This document shows positions 1 through 9,945 of a DNA stretch of 64,000 nucleotides, one piece after another. How positions within the stretch are numbered: the first letter of the stretch is position 1; every line of letters starts with the position of its first letter. The stretch is from Methanocaldococcus sp. 16A (GTDB lineage Archaea > AGJL01 > Methanococci > Methanococcales > Methanocaldococcaceae): assembly GCA_049860595.1 (NCBI GenBank), contig CP187551.1; one strand, given 5' to 3'. The position numbers and the translations under genes are program-made. Below the pieces are notes generated by a model. That model had not been told where the DNA came from. It did not search any database and worked only from the letters and a program-made list of their open reading frames with translations.

Positions 1-120
1 TCCATCGCTTCTTACTCTGTAAATAAATTTCTCCATATCCTTTGTTTTCTGCTGAGTCCCAATGTGGATACCTGAAGCTAAGTATGTATCTAATGGCACT
101 AACAATTCTTTCTCACTCAT
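1..120 (-). CDS. rps2: 30S ribosomal protein S2 (uS2), 5' part, truncated by window edge
   Basis: Manual translation from ATG at 120: [40 protein letters not shown], the typical archaeal uS2 N-terminus; AGGTGG RBS upstream. Confidence 0.95.
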
Positions 121-245
121 ATTTTCCACCTTAAAATAGTTGTTGTTTTTTAGAAACTTTCGGGGGTATAAAAATTAGTGGTTGTTTCCCCTAAGAAGAT
201 AGAAAATGTAATAATGATATATAAAGATTTTCCTATTTACCTAAT

Positions 246-830
246 TTATTTACCTCTTCTTCCGTGAGCCCTTATACTTGGTCTAACCTTCTCAGCACCT
301 ATTCCTTTATTTCTTAATCCTCTACCTTTCTTACCAGCTGATGTTAAACCTCTGAATGCCCTTCCTCTGTGTTTTCCTGTGCATAACCAGTTGAGTTGTG
401 GATCTGCTTTAATAGCTGGGTGGTATGGGTCTACCAATATAACCTCATACCACTTGTATTTTCCATCTTCTCCAACCCAGTAACTGTTTAAAACTTCCAT
501 GTTTGGATATTTTCTTGCTGCTCTCTCTTCAGCAATTCTTTGAATTGATTTACCCATTGTTATCTTATTAACCCCTAATGTAGCAGGTTTCTTTGAGTTC
601 TTTGGTCTTGATTTTCTTAAACCTCCTCTTCTAACTCTTACTCTAACAACAATGATTCCTTGTTTTGGTTTGTATCCTAAAGCTCTTGCTCTATCTAATC
701 TTGTTGGTCTTTCAATTCTTACAACAGCCGGTTCTCTTCTCCACTGCTGTAATCTTTCCCATAATAACTGTCTTACATAGCTCTCTTTTGGTCTTTTCCA
801 AGCCTCTCTTATATACTTGTAGATTCCCAT
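246..830 (-). CDS. rpl15e: 50S ribosomal protein L15e
   Basis: [21 protein letters not shown] and [19 protein letters not shown] signatures. Confidence 0.98.
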   Translation of the reverse strand: MGIYKYIREAWKRPKESYVRQLLWERLQQWRREPAVVRIERPTRLDRARALGYKPKQGIIVVRVRVRRGGLRKSRPKNSKKPATLGVNKITMGKSIQRIAEERAARKYPNMEVLNSYWVGEDGKYKWYEVILVDPYHPAIKADPQLNWLCTGKHRGRAFRGLTSAGKKGRGLRNKGIGAEKVRPSIRAHGRRGK

Positions 831-844
831 TTTATCCCTCTTTT

Positions 845-876
845 ATGGGTTCAGCATTGCCGCCACATCCCCTCTA
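845..876 (-). promoter_or_regulatory. Putative eL15 ribosomal-protein leader (structured 5' UTR with k-turn-like motif)
   Basis: GC-rich island directly upstream of rpl15e; minus strand reads GGGGATG-TGGCGGCAATGC-TGAACCC, with a GGG/CCC stem flanking GATG...CTGA; a euryarchaeal eL15 leader family is known. Confidence 0.6.
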
Positions 877-1070
877 TAATATTAAAGCTTTAGAGTAAAT
901 AACTATTAACAACTATTATATTAATTTAACGGTTATGTAATGTGAAATCAAAAATAGCTAAAAATAAAAATAAATAATATTGCAAGCTAAAAATTCTGCT
1001 AATCTAAGAGGAAAAGATTTTTATATTATTGTTTAATTATTTTACTACTAACAAATAATTAGCTTAAGAG

Positions 1071-1421
1071 GTGACTGTTATGGAATTACCACCACAAATT
1101 CAAGCTCAATTAATGCAGTTACAACAACTACAGCAACAATTACAAATGATTTTAATGCAAAAGCAAAGTGTTGAAGCTGAATTAAAAGAAAGTAAAAAAG
1201 CTTTAGAAGAATTGGAAAAATCTACAAGTGATGAGGTTTATAAATTAGTTGGGGGATTATTTATTAAAAGAAAAAAAGATGAAGTTAAAAAAGAACTTGA
1301 AGAGAAAGTAGAAACATTAGAGTTGAGAGTAAAAACATTAGAGAAACAAGAGGAGAAATTACAATCAAGATTAAAAGAATTGCAGGAAAAATTACAAAAA
1401 ATGGTGCCTGCAGCACAGTAA
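1071..1421 (+). CDS. pfdB: Prefoldin beta subunit (likely start ATG at 1080)
   Basis: [26 protein letters not shown] hairpin, coiled coils. Confidence 0.95.
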   Translation: MTVMELPPQIQAQLMQLQQLQQQLQMILMQKQSVEAELKESKKALEELEKSTSDEVYKLVGGLFIKRKKDEVKKELEEKVETLELRVKTLEKQEEKLQSRLKELQEKLQKMVPAAQ

Positions 1422-1498
1422 ATTAATTTTTTCTTTATTTTCCTTTTTAATTTTATTATTTTTGGATTTTTAAGCTTTAAATTATGATTATTTTTAAT

Positions 1499-1587
1499 AG
1501 GACTTTCGCAGGAATAAATTTTTAAAGGAAAATTGACCAAAGGCATCATATTTTTCCCTTATTAAATATATAAAGTGCGAAAGTCCT
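1499..1587. mobile_element. Short palindromic MITE-like element, family A (MJRE-like)
   Basis: Terminal inverted repeats AGGACTTTCGCA ... TGCGAAAGTCCT; related copies elsewhere in window. Confidence 0.8.
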
Positions 1588-1600
1588 TTTAATTTTATTT

Positions 1601-2602
1601 ATGGTGAGCAAAATGAAGTTATTAGATTATTTAAAAAGAGATGAGATTCTTTTTTTATGCCATCATAATGCAGACCCTGATGCAATAGGCAGCTGTGTAG
1701 CTTTAAAATATTTGGCATCTCAATTAAATCCAAATGGAAAGTTTAGAATTTCAGCAGATTCTGTTAGTAAGATTTCAAGAAATATTCTAAATGAGATAGG
1801 GGAGAATGTTGATATAGAGCTTTATCCTAAATTACCAAAAACAGTATTTATTGTAGATACGGCCTCAATAAATCAATTAAAGGTTAATTTTGATGAGTTA
1901 AAAGAGAGAGAGGTTATTTTAATAGACCACCATAAAAAAACTGATTTGGCTGATATCTGCAAATACTACATAATTAGAGAAGATTATCCATCAACATCTG
2001 AAATTATAGCTGAAATTTTTAAAGAATTAAATATCTTTCCACCAAAAAATATTAGAATTGCCCTATTGTGTGGAATTGTATATGATACAAAGCATTTAAA
2101 GTTAGCCACTCCAAAAACTTTTGAATTGATAAGTTATCTAATAAAAGATATAAGTTTTCAGAAAATTCTCTACCTATTGTCTCAAGAGAGTGATTTTAGT
2201 AAGAGAACAGCCCATTTAAAGGCATGTAGTAGAATGGAAATAAGAGAGTTTGATAAGCTCAAAATAGCTTTATCTCATGTTAGCTCTCATGAAGCTTCTT
2301 GTGCAAAAACTATAGTGAGTATAGGGGCAGATATAGCTTTTGTTGTAGCTGTTAGAAAAAAAGAGAGAGAGATTAGAGTTAGTGCAAGATGTAGAAAACA
2401 TGTTTCTAAATATGTACATTTGGGTAATTTGATGGAAAAGATTGGGAAAGAGTTGGGGGGTAGTGGAGGAGGGCATAGTGAAGCTGGGGGATTAAATGCC
2501 CCTTATGATAATAATAAAAGTAAAGATAAAGTTATAAAAGAGGTTTTAGACCTCTGCTATAAAAGATTTGTAGAAGAGTATAAAAAAGCAAAAAATAAAT
2601 AA
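1601..2602 (+). CDS. DHH family phosphoesterase with DHHA1 domain
   Basis: HHNADPDAIGS, VDT, IDHH and GGGGHSEAGG motifs. Confidence 0.9.
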   Translation: MVSKMKLLDYLKRDEILFLCHHNADPDAIGSCVALKYLASQLNPNGKFRISADSVSKISRNILNEIGENVDIELYPKLPKTVFIVDTASINQLKVNFDELKEREVILIDHHKKTDLADICKYYIIREDYPSTSEIIAEIFKELNIFPPKNIRIALLCGIVYDTKHLKLATPKTFELISYLIKDISFQKILYLLSQESDFSKRTAHLKACSRMEIREFDKLKIALSHVSSHEASCAKTIVSIGADIAFVVAVRKKEREIRVSARCRKHVSKYVHLGNLMEKIGKELGGSGGGHSEAGGLNAPYDNNKSKDKVIKEVLDLCYKRFVEEYKKAKNK

Positions 2603-2603
2603 T

Positions 2604-2948
2604 TTAGAATGTAACAACGTTATCACTTTCTTTAACAAAAGCTATTAAATCATGCATTGTAGCTAATTGAACTCCTTCAATTAAATCTTCTTCTTTTAAA
2701 CCTCTTGCTTTACAACAAGGTCCGCAAACCTTGACTGTAGCTCCAAGTTCAATAGCATTTTTCAACAACTCTAAATAATTAGGCATTTCTGATGGGTTTT
2801 GTTCTTTTTTAGCAACATAAACTCCATTTTCAATCAAGAAGATATTTACTTCAATCCCCTCTAATAGAGCTGTTAATGCAAATCTTAATGCTGAATAAGC
2901 TCTCTCCTTACCATAAGGCGCTTCTGTAATAATTACAGTAAATTTCAT
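2604..2948 (-). CDS. DsrE/DsrF-like sulfur relay family protein
   Basis: APYG.ERAYSALRFA, IFLIENGVY, VCGPCCKARG. Confidence 0.85.
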   Translation of the reverse strand: MKFTVIITEAPYGKERAYSALRFALTALLEGIEVNIFLIENGVYVAKKEQNPSEMPNYLELLKNAIELGATVKVCGPCCKARGLKEEDLIEGVQLATMHDLIAFVKESDNVVTF

Positions 2949-2963
2949 ACTTTCACCAACTAT

Positions 2964-3191
2964 TTATTTTTTAATAACAATTCTAAATCCATTTTCTGTT
3001 TCTTCAGCAGAAACTACTGTATATCCATTATTTTCAGCAAATCTTTTTATATTTTCTAATGCTGGTTTGTAATCCCCAACAACTTCTAACTCTTCTCCTT
3101 CATTTAATTCTTCTAAAGCTTTTTTTGTTTTTAAAACTGGAACTGGGCAGATGTCTCCAGTAACATCAAGTTTTCTCATACCCTTCACCAT
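2964..3191 (-). CDS. TusA/SirA family sulfur carrier protein
   Basis: LDVTGDICPVPVLKTKKAL (CPxP motif), about 70 aa. Confidence 0.9.
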   Translation of the reverse strand: MVKGMRKLDVTGDICPVPVLKTKKALEELNEGEELEVVGDYKPALENIKRFAENNGYTVVSAEETENGFRIVIKK

Positions 3192-3373
3192 GAAATTTTT
3201 AATAAAATTGATATTAATAAATGTATAAAAAATTAATCTAAAAAAATTTTAATTGCTTATTAGGTTATTAGATTTTTTAATACTAAAGTTTGTAATGATA
3301 AATCATGACAATTTTATCTATAAAAATAGTCCAAACTACTCTCTTTTTTTTATGTCTGTAAATTTTCGTTAAT

Positions 3374-3544
3374 TTAAAATAAAATAGGTGCAATTGCAGA
3401 GATTATAATTAATCCAGCTAATACATACCCCATGATTTTTGTAACTTCACTACCAGTATATGACCTTGTCAAATCTTTCTTTATGTTATTTAATTCTTCA
3501 AATTCTTTATCATTCACATGTAAATATTGCATCTTTGCATTCAT
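3374..3544 (-). CDS. Small 56-aa tail-anchored membrane protein (not in ORF track)
   Basis: MNAKMQYLHVNDKEFEELNNIKKDLTRSYTGSEVTKIMGYVLAGLIIISAIAPILF; GAGGTGA RBS just upstream, BRE/TATA at ~3597-3610, C-terminal hydrophobic helix. Confidence 0.7.
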   Translation of the reverse strand: MNAKMQYLHVNDKEFEELNNIKKDLTRSYTGSEVTKIMGYVLAGLIIISAIAPILF

Positions 3545-3719
3545 AATTTCACCTCACGTTACATGTTTTTCTCACTTATATAATTGAAAAAAGTAGTATA
3601 TATCCTTTTTTGCTCATGAACAATCATGACAAATGTTTTTAATGAAAAATAATGACAGATTGTTTTTAATCTATAATGATAAATCATGATAAATTCAATA
3701 ATAAAAAATTAACATTTCA

Positions 3720-4108
3720 TAACATTCTCTTGTTAGTTTTTGGATTATCACGTTAAAAGATTTTATTTTTTAATTTAAAGATTTTTAAATAGTTATTTTT
3801 TTATTTTAAGGATTTTTATGGAATTTCTAAGGGTAGTTTATTTTTAATATTTTATTTATTTGGATATATTAAATTAATTGGATTTTTTTAGAAATTTTGG
3901 ATTATTGTTTTTAGATTTTGATTTCTCCAATAGGTAAGTTAATTTTTTAGTTAAGAAGTTTTATTTTTTCTTTTATTTTCGAGCCGTAAAGTATTTATAT
4001 AAGAAGAGGGTTTATAAACAGACCAAGTAATTGAGGGGTTGTAATATACTACTAATAAAATAAAGACCTAAAAATGCTTAATTTTTGTTAATCTGAAATT
4101 AGTCTCCT
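3720..4108 (+). promoter_or_regulatory. CRISPR leader (AT-rich, non-coding); left boundary approximate
   Basis: ORF-free AT-rich region next to the first repeat; TATA-like TTTATATA at ~3994; the degenerate repeat lies at the opposite end of the array. Confidence 0.7.
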
Positions 4109-7100
4109 ATTAAAATCAGACCGATTCGGTATGGAAACATCATGATATTACTTGAGATAGTTATAGATAGATTAAAATCAGACCGATTCGGTATGGAAAC
4201 GTAATGTTACATCAGAATTTGAAATTAATTAAAATCAGACCGATTCGGTATGGAAACTTGAACGTTAGAGATAGCTGCAGCTATAATGATAATTAAAATC
4301 AGACCGATTCGGTATGGAAACGCTGAAAGTCTTAAAAGAGCTTCTAATTGTCTTGCAGTTATAGATATGATTAAAATCAGACCGATTCGGTATGGAAACG
4401 TTTGGGGAGTTGCAAATGCTGTATTGTATGCTATGCTTTCCATACCGAATCATTAAAATCAGACCGATTCGGTATGGAAACGATTTTAATTCAGACATAA
4501 AATACTATCCGGATTATACTAATTAAAATCAGACCGATTCGGTATGGAAACCTCAAAAACTCATCACTATATTTTTTAATTAAATCTATTAAAATCAGAC
4601 CGATTCGGTATGGAAACTATAAAAGAGTTCTTAAAAGAGCATCCTGACTTAGATTAAAATCAGACCGATTCGGTATGGAAACGACAATCAGATAACATAA
4701 GCTCTTCAAACTATACTAATTAAAATCAGACCGATTCGGTATGGAAACATCCAATCAATATGAATATTGAAGTAGTTAAAAGGTATTAAAATCAGACCGA
4801 TTCGGTATGGAAACCAAATTCTTTAGTTCCTTTTTCAATTGACCATTTTTTCATATTAAAATCAGACCGATTCGGTATGGAAACGGAGCTAAAGTTGCAT
4901 TAGAGGGATAAGTTATGGAATTAAAATCAGACCGATTCGGTATGGAAACTTAGTTATGATTGCTGTAGTGGTTAAATTCAAAAACCATTAAAATCAGACC
5001 GATTCGGTATGGAAACTAAATTAGACTTGGTAGACCTCCAACAATTACCGACGCATTAAAATCAGACCGATTCGGTATGGAAACTTTATCTAAATACTCA
5101 AACGAAGAAATTATGCATTTTCTCATTCATTAAAATCAGACCGATTCGGTATGGAAACTCAACGAGGTCTGGAAGCTCTTTACAGAAGTTTCTATTAAAA
5201 TCAGACCGATTCGGTATGGAAACGGAAGCTCTGGATTTTTATTATCTATAACAAATATGTATATTAAAATCAGACCGATTCGGTATGGAAACTACGCTAA
5301 AGGAAGATTAGATGACTATTCAAGATTTTTATTAAAATCAGACCGATTCGGTATGGAAACTTGATAGAAGAGAAACGTACTATATTGCAGGCTGGAAACT
5401 AATTAAAATCAGACCGATTCGGTATGGAAACGAAGGAAGGTATTTCATTTTTTCCATATTGTTAATTTTAGATTAAAATCAGACCGATTCGGTATGGAAA
5501 CAGAATTTGATAAATTTGGCAGTTCTAATATTGATAATGTATTATTAAAATCAGACCGATTCGGTATGGAAACCTTGCAGTTCATCTAAAATAGCAACAA
5601 TCTCATCTTTATTAAAATCAGACCGATTCGGTATGGAAACACTTACGAGCCAAATTTGATTCTAACGCAACAAATCTATTAAAATCAGACCGATTCGGTA
5701 TGGAAACTCAGGATATCTCTTTTTTGAACATACGCCCATAAATCTACCTTATTAAAATCAGACCGATTCGGTATGGAAACTTTATTACTGCATATATTGG
5801 TATGGTGGTGTTATTTATTAAATTAAAATCAGACCGATTCGGTATGGAAACGAACTTTCATCTTTAGCGTAGATTATAGTTTCTTGCTTTAATTAAAATC
5901 AGACCGATTCGGTATGGAAACTGAAAAAAGCAATATTACTTTTATTTATTTTAGGCATTGTATTAAAATCAGACCGATTCGGTATGGAAACAAGTATATG
6001 TTTAGCAATTTCTTTATCCTTTCCTTTTTCATTAAAATCAGACCGATTCGGTATGGAAACACGATAAACATCACTGGAGAATACCACCACGATATCATTA
6101 AAATCAGACCGATTCGGTATGGAAACAGGATTAAGATAAAATACTTCGATAAGCTCGAAGGAATTAAAATCAGACCGATTCGGTATGGAAACAGCACTCA
6201 TAGCAGAATTGCAGAAGAACATTACAAATTAAAATCAGACCGATTCGGTATGGAAACGGAAATGTTAGGATTGCTATGAATTTTCCAGGAATGAACAATT
6301 AAAATCAGACCGATTCGGTATGGAAACTTGTTAAGAAATTCATGGCAGACGAGAATGAGAAAAGAATTAAAATCAGACCGATTCGGTATGGAAACAGTAA
6401 GGATTCCAGGGCTTGGTTTGGCAAAAAATGATTAAAATCAGACCGATTCGGTATGGAAACATTTTATGGTTATTAGTTTGGATAGTGATTTTAATTATTA
6501 AAATCAGACCGATTCGGTATGGAAACGACAATGTTGTCATTGGCTGGAACTGTAGTTCCTGAATTAAAATCAGACCGATTCGGTATGGAAACGTAAAAAA
6601 CATACTAATGTCAAACATGCAGTTAAAAATTAAAATCAGACCGATTCGGTATGGAAACATAATAGCCGCAGTTGTAATAATAGCAATATGCTTCAATTAA
6701 AATCAGACCGATTCGGTATGGAAACGAATATTCAGTTTCTGAAGTTTATGAAGCTGTCAATAAATTAAAATCAGACCGATTCGGTATGGAAACATGCAAC
6801 CAATGCAACAATTTCAACCTCAACAACAATCACAACAATTAAAATCAGACCGATTCGGTATGGAAACTTGTTAACACCCTCCGACACTAACATAATTGTA
6901 GCTAATCAACCATATTGATTAAAATCAGACCGATTCGGTATGGAAACTGCTTTAGACTAAACCATCTAAGTCCAACTTTAGTTAGAGCATTAAAATCAGA
7001 CCGATTCGGTATGGAAACTCTTCATCTTGCTTAGTCCATTTTTTATATTTTACAATTAAAATCAGACCGATTCGGTATGGAAACCAAATCTTCTTTTAAG

Positions 7101-7363
7101 TGGTTTATTATGTCTTCCTTATTAAAATCAGACCGATTCGGTATGGAAACGGTGTTAATTTTTCTGCTGTCTTTTTAGCAGTCTCTTTTGATTAAAATCA
7201 GACCGATTCGGTATGGAAACGAATTAATAAAGTTGTTGTTTGAAGACAAGTTTAAGATTAAAATCAGACCGATTCGGTATGGAAACTTGTCCCTCATACT
7301 TATTCTATTATCTCCAATACTAATTGTATAAACATTAAAATTAGACTTTTTCGGTAAAAAAAC
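4109..7363 (+). CRISPR. CRISPR array, 30-bp repeat ATTAAAATCAGACCGATTCGGTATGGAAAC; 47 intact + 1 degenerate terminal repeat, 47 spacers (27-52 nt); no cas genes in window
   Basis: Repeats counted by hand from 4109 to 7257; terminal copy ATTAAAATTAGACTTTTTCGGTAAAAAAAC at 7334-7363. Confidence 0.99.
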
Positions 7364-7406
7364 GTAAATTTATTTTTCAAAATATTATAAAAAAATAGAA
7401 TATTTT

Positions 7407-8501
7407 TTAAATTCTTCTATACTTATAAAATATTCTACATGTTCCTTCATCAGAAACCATACAACTACCAATTGGATTTAATGGTGTGCAAACCTTACCA
7501 AACAATGGGCAATCAGTAGGAAGTTTTTCCCCTCTCAAAATTTTATCACATATACAACCCTTAGGAATCTTTTCTTTAATCTCTGGAATATCCTCATGTT
7601 CATAGATGTCAAATTTCTTATATTCTTCTCTCAACCCAAATCCACCATTTTTAATAACTGGAAATCCTCTCCAAGGAATATCTACACTTTCAAAAACTTC
7701 ATTTATTATTTTTTGAGCTAAAACATTTCCTTCAGGTTTAACAGCTCTTATATACTCATTCTCAACCTTTGCCTCTCCATTGATAATTTGTTTTAAAATC
7801 ATAATTATTGCCATTAAAACATCTATTGGCTCAAAGCCAGCAACAACCATTGGGGCGTTGTATTTTTTGCATGGCTCATAGTATGGCTTTAAACCTGTAA
7901 TTGTTGAAACATGTCCTGGGCATATAAAGGCATCTAAATAAACTTCCTCATTTAATAAAAAATCCATAATTGGAGGGGTTTGTCTGTGACAGTTTAAAAT
8001 GAAAAAGTTATCTATATCTTTATTTTTTAAGCTTATTAACTCAGCTCCAGTTGTAGGAGCTGTAGTTTCAAAACCTATTGCTACAAAAACAAACTTCTTA
8101 TCTTTTTCTTTTTTAGCCATTTTTACAGCTTCACTTATACTATAAACAATTCTAACATCACAACCTTCAGATTGCTTCTCCATTAATGATTTTTCACTTC
8201 CCGGCACTCTATACATATCTCCAAGAGTTGTTATAACATATCCATTATCAGCTAAATATATGGCTGTATCTATTTCTTTTTGTGTAGTAACACAAACTGG
8301 ACAGCCTGGACCTGGAACAACGGTTATATTTTTTGGCAATATATCCCTAATTCCATATTTACAAATAGTATGTTCATGACTACCACAAACGTGCATAATC
8401 TTTATGTTATCTATTTTTTCAGAGAGTTTGTTTATCTTCTCTATAGCTTTCTTTATTAAGGTTCTGTCATTTATGTTAATCATCTTATTACCTCTCTTCA
8501 T
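7407..8501 (-). CDS. hypD: Hydrogenase maturation protein HypD
   Basis: MHVCGSHEH, GPGCPVC, GFETTAP, PGHVS, C-terminal CMVS.EG.C. Confidence 0.97.
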   Translation of the reverse strand: MKRGNKMININDRTLIKKAIEKINKLSEKIDNIKIMHVCGSHEHTICKYGIRDILPKNITVVPGPGCPVCVTTQKEIDTAIYLADNGYVITTLGDMYRVPGSEKSLMEKQSEGCDVRIVYSISEAVKMAKKEKDKKFVFVAIGFETTAPTTGAELISLKNKDIDNFFILNCHRQTPPIMDFLLNEEVYLDAFICPGHVSTITGLKPYYEPCKKYNAPMVVAGFEPIDVLMAIIMILKQIINGEAKVENEYIRAVKPEGNVLAQKIINEVFESVDIPWRGFPVIKNGGFGLREEYKKFDIYEHEDIPEIKEKIPKGCICDKILRGEKLPTDCPLFGKVCTPLNPIGSCMVSDEGTCRIFYKYRRI

Positions 8502-9220
8502 TATTCGATTAATTTTTTAATAACTTCTAACATTCCTTCAATTGTATATATTTTTGGAATTAATGGTTTAAAACCAAATTCTTCAATAACTTTGGCTGTT
8601 ATTGGTCCTATGGCAACTATATAATTATCTTTTATAATATTGGCAAATTCATCATCAACATATTTAAAAAAGTTTTTAGCTGTTAATCCACTTGTAAATG
8701 TTAAAATAAATTTTTCATTCTTTATTTCTTCTTTTAATCTTTCAATCTCTTCTTTTAAGTTTTCTGGCTCAACAGATTTATACACAAACAACAAATCAGC
8801 ATTTAAGTTATTTTTTAAAACATCTCTTGTTGATGGAGTTGTAGGGATTAAAAATTTATCATCTTTATTGGAAACTTTTTTTATCTCTTCTAAAAGAGAT
8901 TCTGCAGTGTATTCTTTTGGTATTATATCTGGCTCTCTACCAAAATATTTTTTAAAGGTTTTTGCTGTTTTTTCACCAATAACTGCAATTTTTTTATTTT
9001 TTACCTCTTTCCTTTTATTTTCATCTATTATGTTATATAATCCAATAACACCACTTGGTGAGGTAAATACTAACCAATTATAATTATATAAATCAACATT
9101 TACATCTTTGTTATAAACGAGCTCTAAAGTTGGAAATATTATTGGTTCAAAGCCCTCTTTTTTTAATAGTTCAGCAAATACATCGGCTCTTTCCTTAGGT
9201 CTTGTTATTATAACCTTCAT
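8501..9220 (-). CDS. hemD: Uroporphyrinogen-III synthase
   Basis: VIITRP, VFTSPSGV, AVIGEKTA, FTSG, AIGPITA. Confidence 0.92.
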   Translation of the reverse strand: MKVIITRPKERADVFAELLKKEGFEPIIFPTLELVYNKDVNVDLYNYNWLVFTSPSGVIGLYNIIDENKRKEVKNKKIAVIGEKTAKTFKKYFGREPDIIPKEYTAESLLEEIKKVSNKDDKFLIPTTPSTRDVLKNNLNADLLFVYKSVEPENLKEEIERLKEEIKNEKFILTFTSGLTAKNFFKYVDDEFANIIKDNYIVAIGPITAKVIEEFGFKPLIPKIYTIEGMLEVIKKLIE

Positions 9221-9885
9221 AATATCCCACTGTTTATTAAATTTAAATTTATTCCATTAAATTCTTGATAAACATAAATTTCATTTCCCATGTCAATTAC
9301 CTTACAATCTACTACATCTGTTTTTTGTAATAATTCATTTTTAAGTTTTTCAGTATCAATTTCTCCACTGTTATTTGGTTTTTTAAATATATATACAAGA
9401 TAGGTTTTATTTGAGTTTAAATCATAGTATATGCCCATTAAGTAATCTTTTTTATATATAAAAATGTCTTTATAATTTGATGGGATTGTGTTGATTAAAT
9501 CATTTATCTCAGCTTTGCCTAAATCAGATTCATTTGGATTTTTTATTAAAACCCCATTATAGTACTCAAAATTTCCTATTGGAATGTATTTGATTAAAAA
9601 TCCAAGTGGCACTTTTATTCCAACACTTCCATGATTTCCTATATAAATACCGTTAATAAAAATCAGAGATCCTTTGTATATTTCTGGAATATTTTGGATA
9701 TTGTTGTCTTTAAGTATCATAAGTGTTTTATGGTCTATATAAATAAATTCTTTGAACGGTGAGTTTTCTATAACTTCTTTAACATCTTCTGCTCCTCCTA
9801 TATTTGTATATAAATATAGCCCTAAGATTACAATTGGTAGTATATTTATTATCAAAAATAACACTACCTTTTTCAATATAACCAC
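9217..9885 (-). CDS. Hypothetical membrane-anchored/secreted protein
   Basis: N-terminal hydrophobic helix; overlaps hemD start; no recognised family. Confidence 0.7.
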   Translation of the reverse strand: MVILKKVVLFLIINILPIVILGLYLYTNIGGAEDVKEVIENSPFKEFIYIDHKTLMILKDNNIQNIPEIYKGSLIFINGIYIGNHGSVGIKVPLGFLIKYIPIGNFEYYNGVLIKNPNESDLGKAEINDLINTIPSNYKDIFIYKKDYLMGIYYDLNSNKTYLVYIFKKPNNSGEIDTEKLKNELLQKTDVVDCKVIDMGNEIYVYQEFNGINLNLINSGIL

Positions 9886-9945
9886 CTTTTATTATTATAA
9901 TAAATAAAATATCTTAAAATCAACATTTATGTCTTTGGTGATAGC

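Noticed and set aside
4225-6696. ORFs within the CRISPR array (FPYRIGLIL / SIPNRSDFN / IKIRPIRYG repeats)
   Set aside because: They are translations of the repeat-spacer units, not genes
4139-7333. Self-targeting spacers against genes in this window
   Set aside because: None noticed apart from the inverted repeat fragments, but an exhaustive match cannot be done by eye and needs blastn
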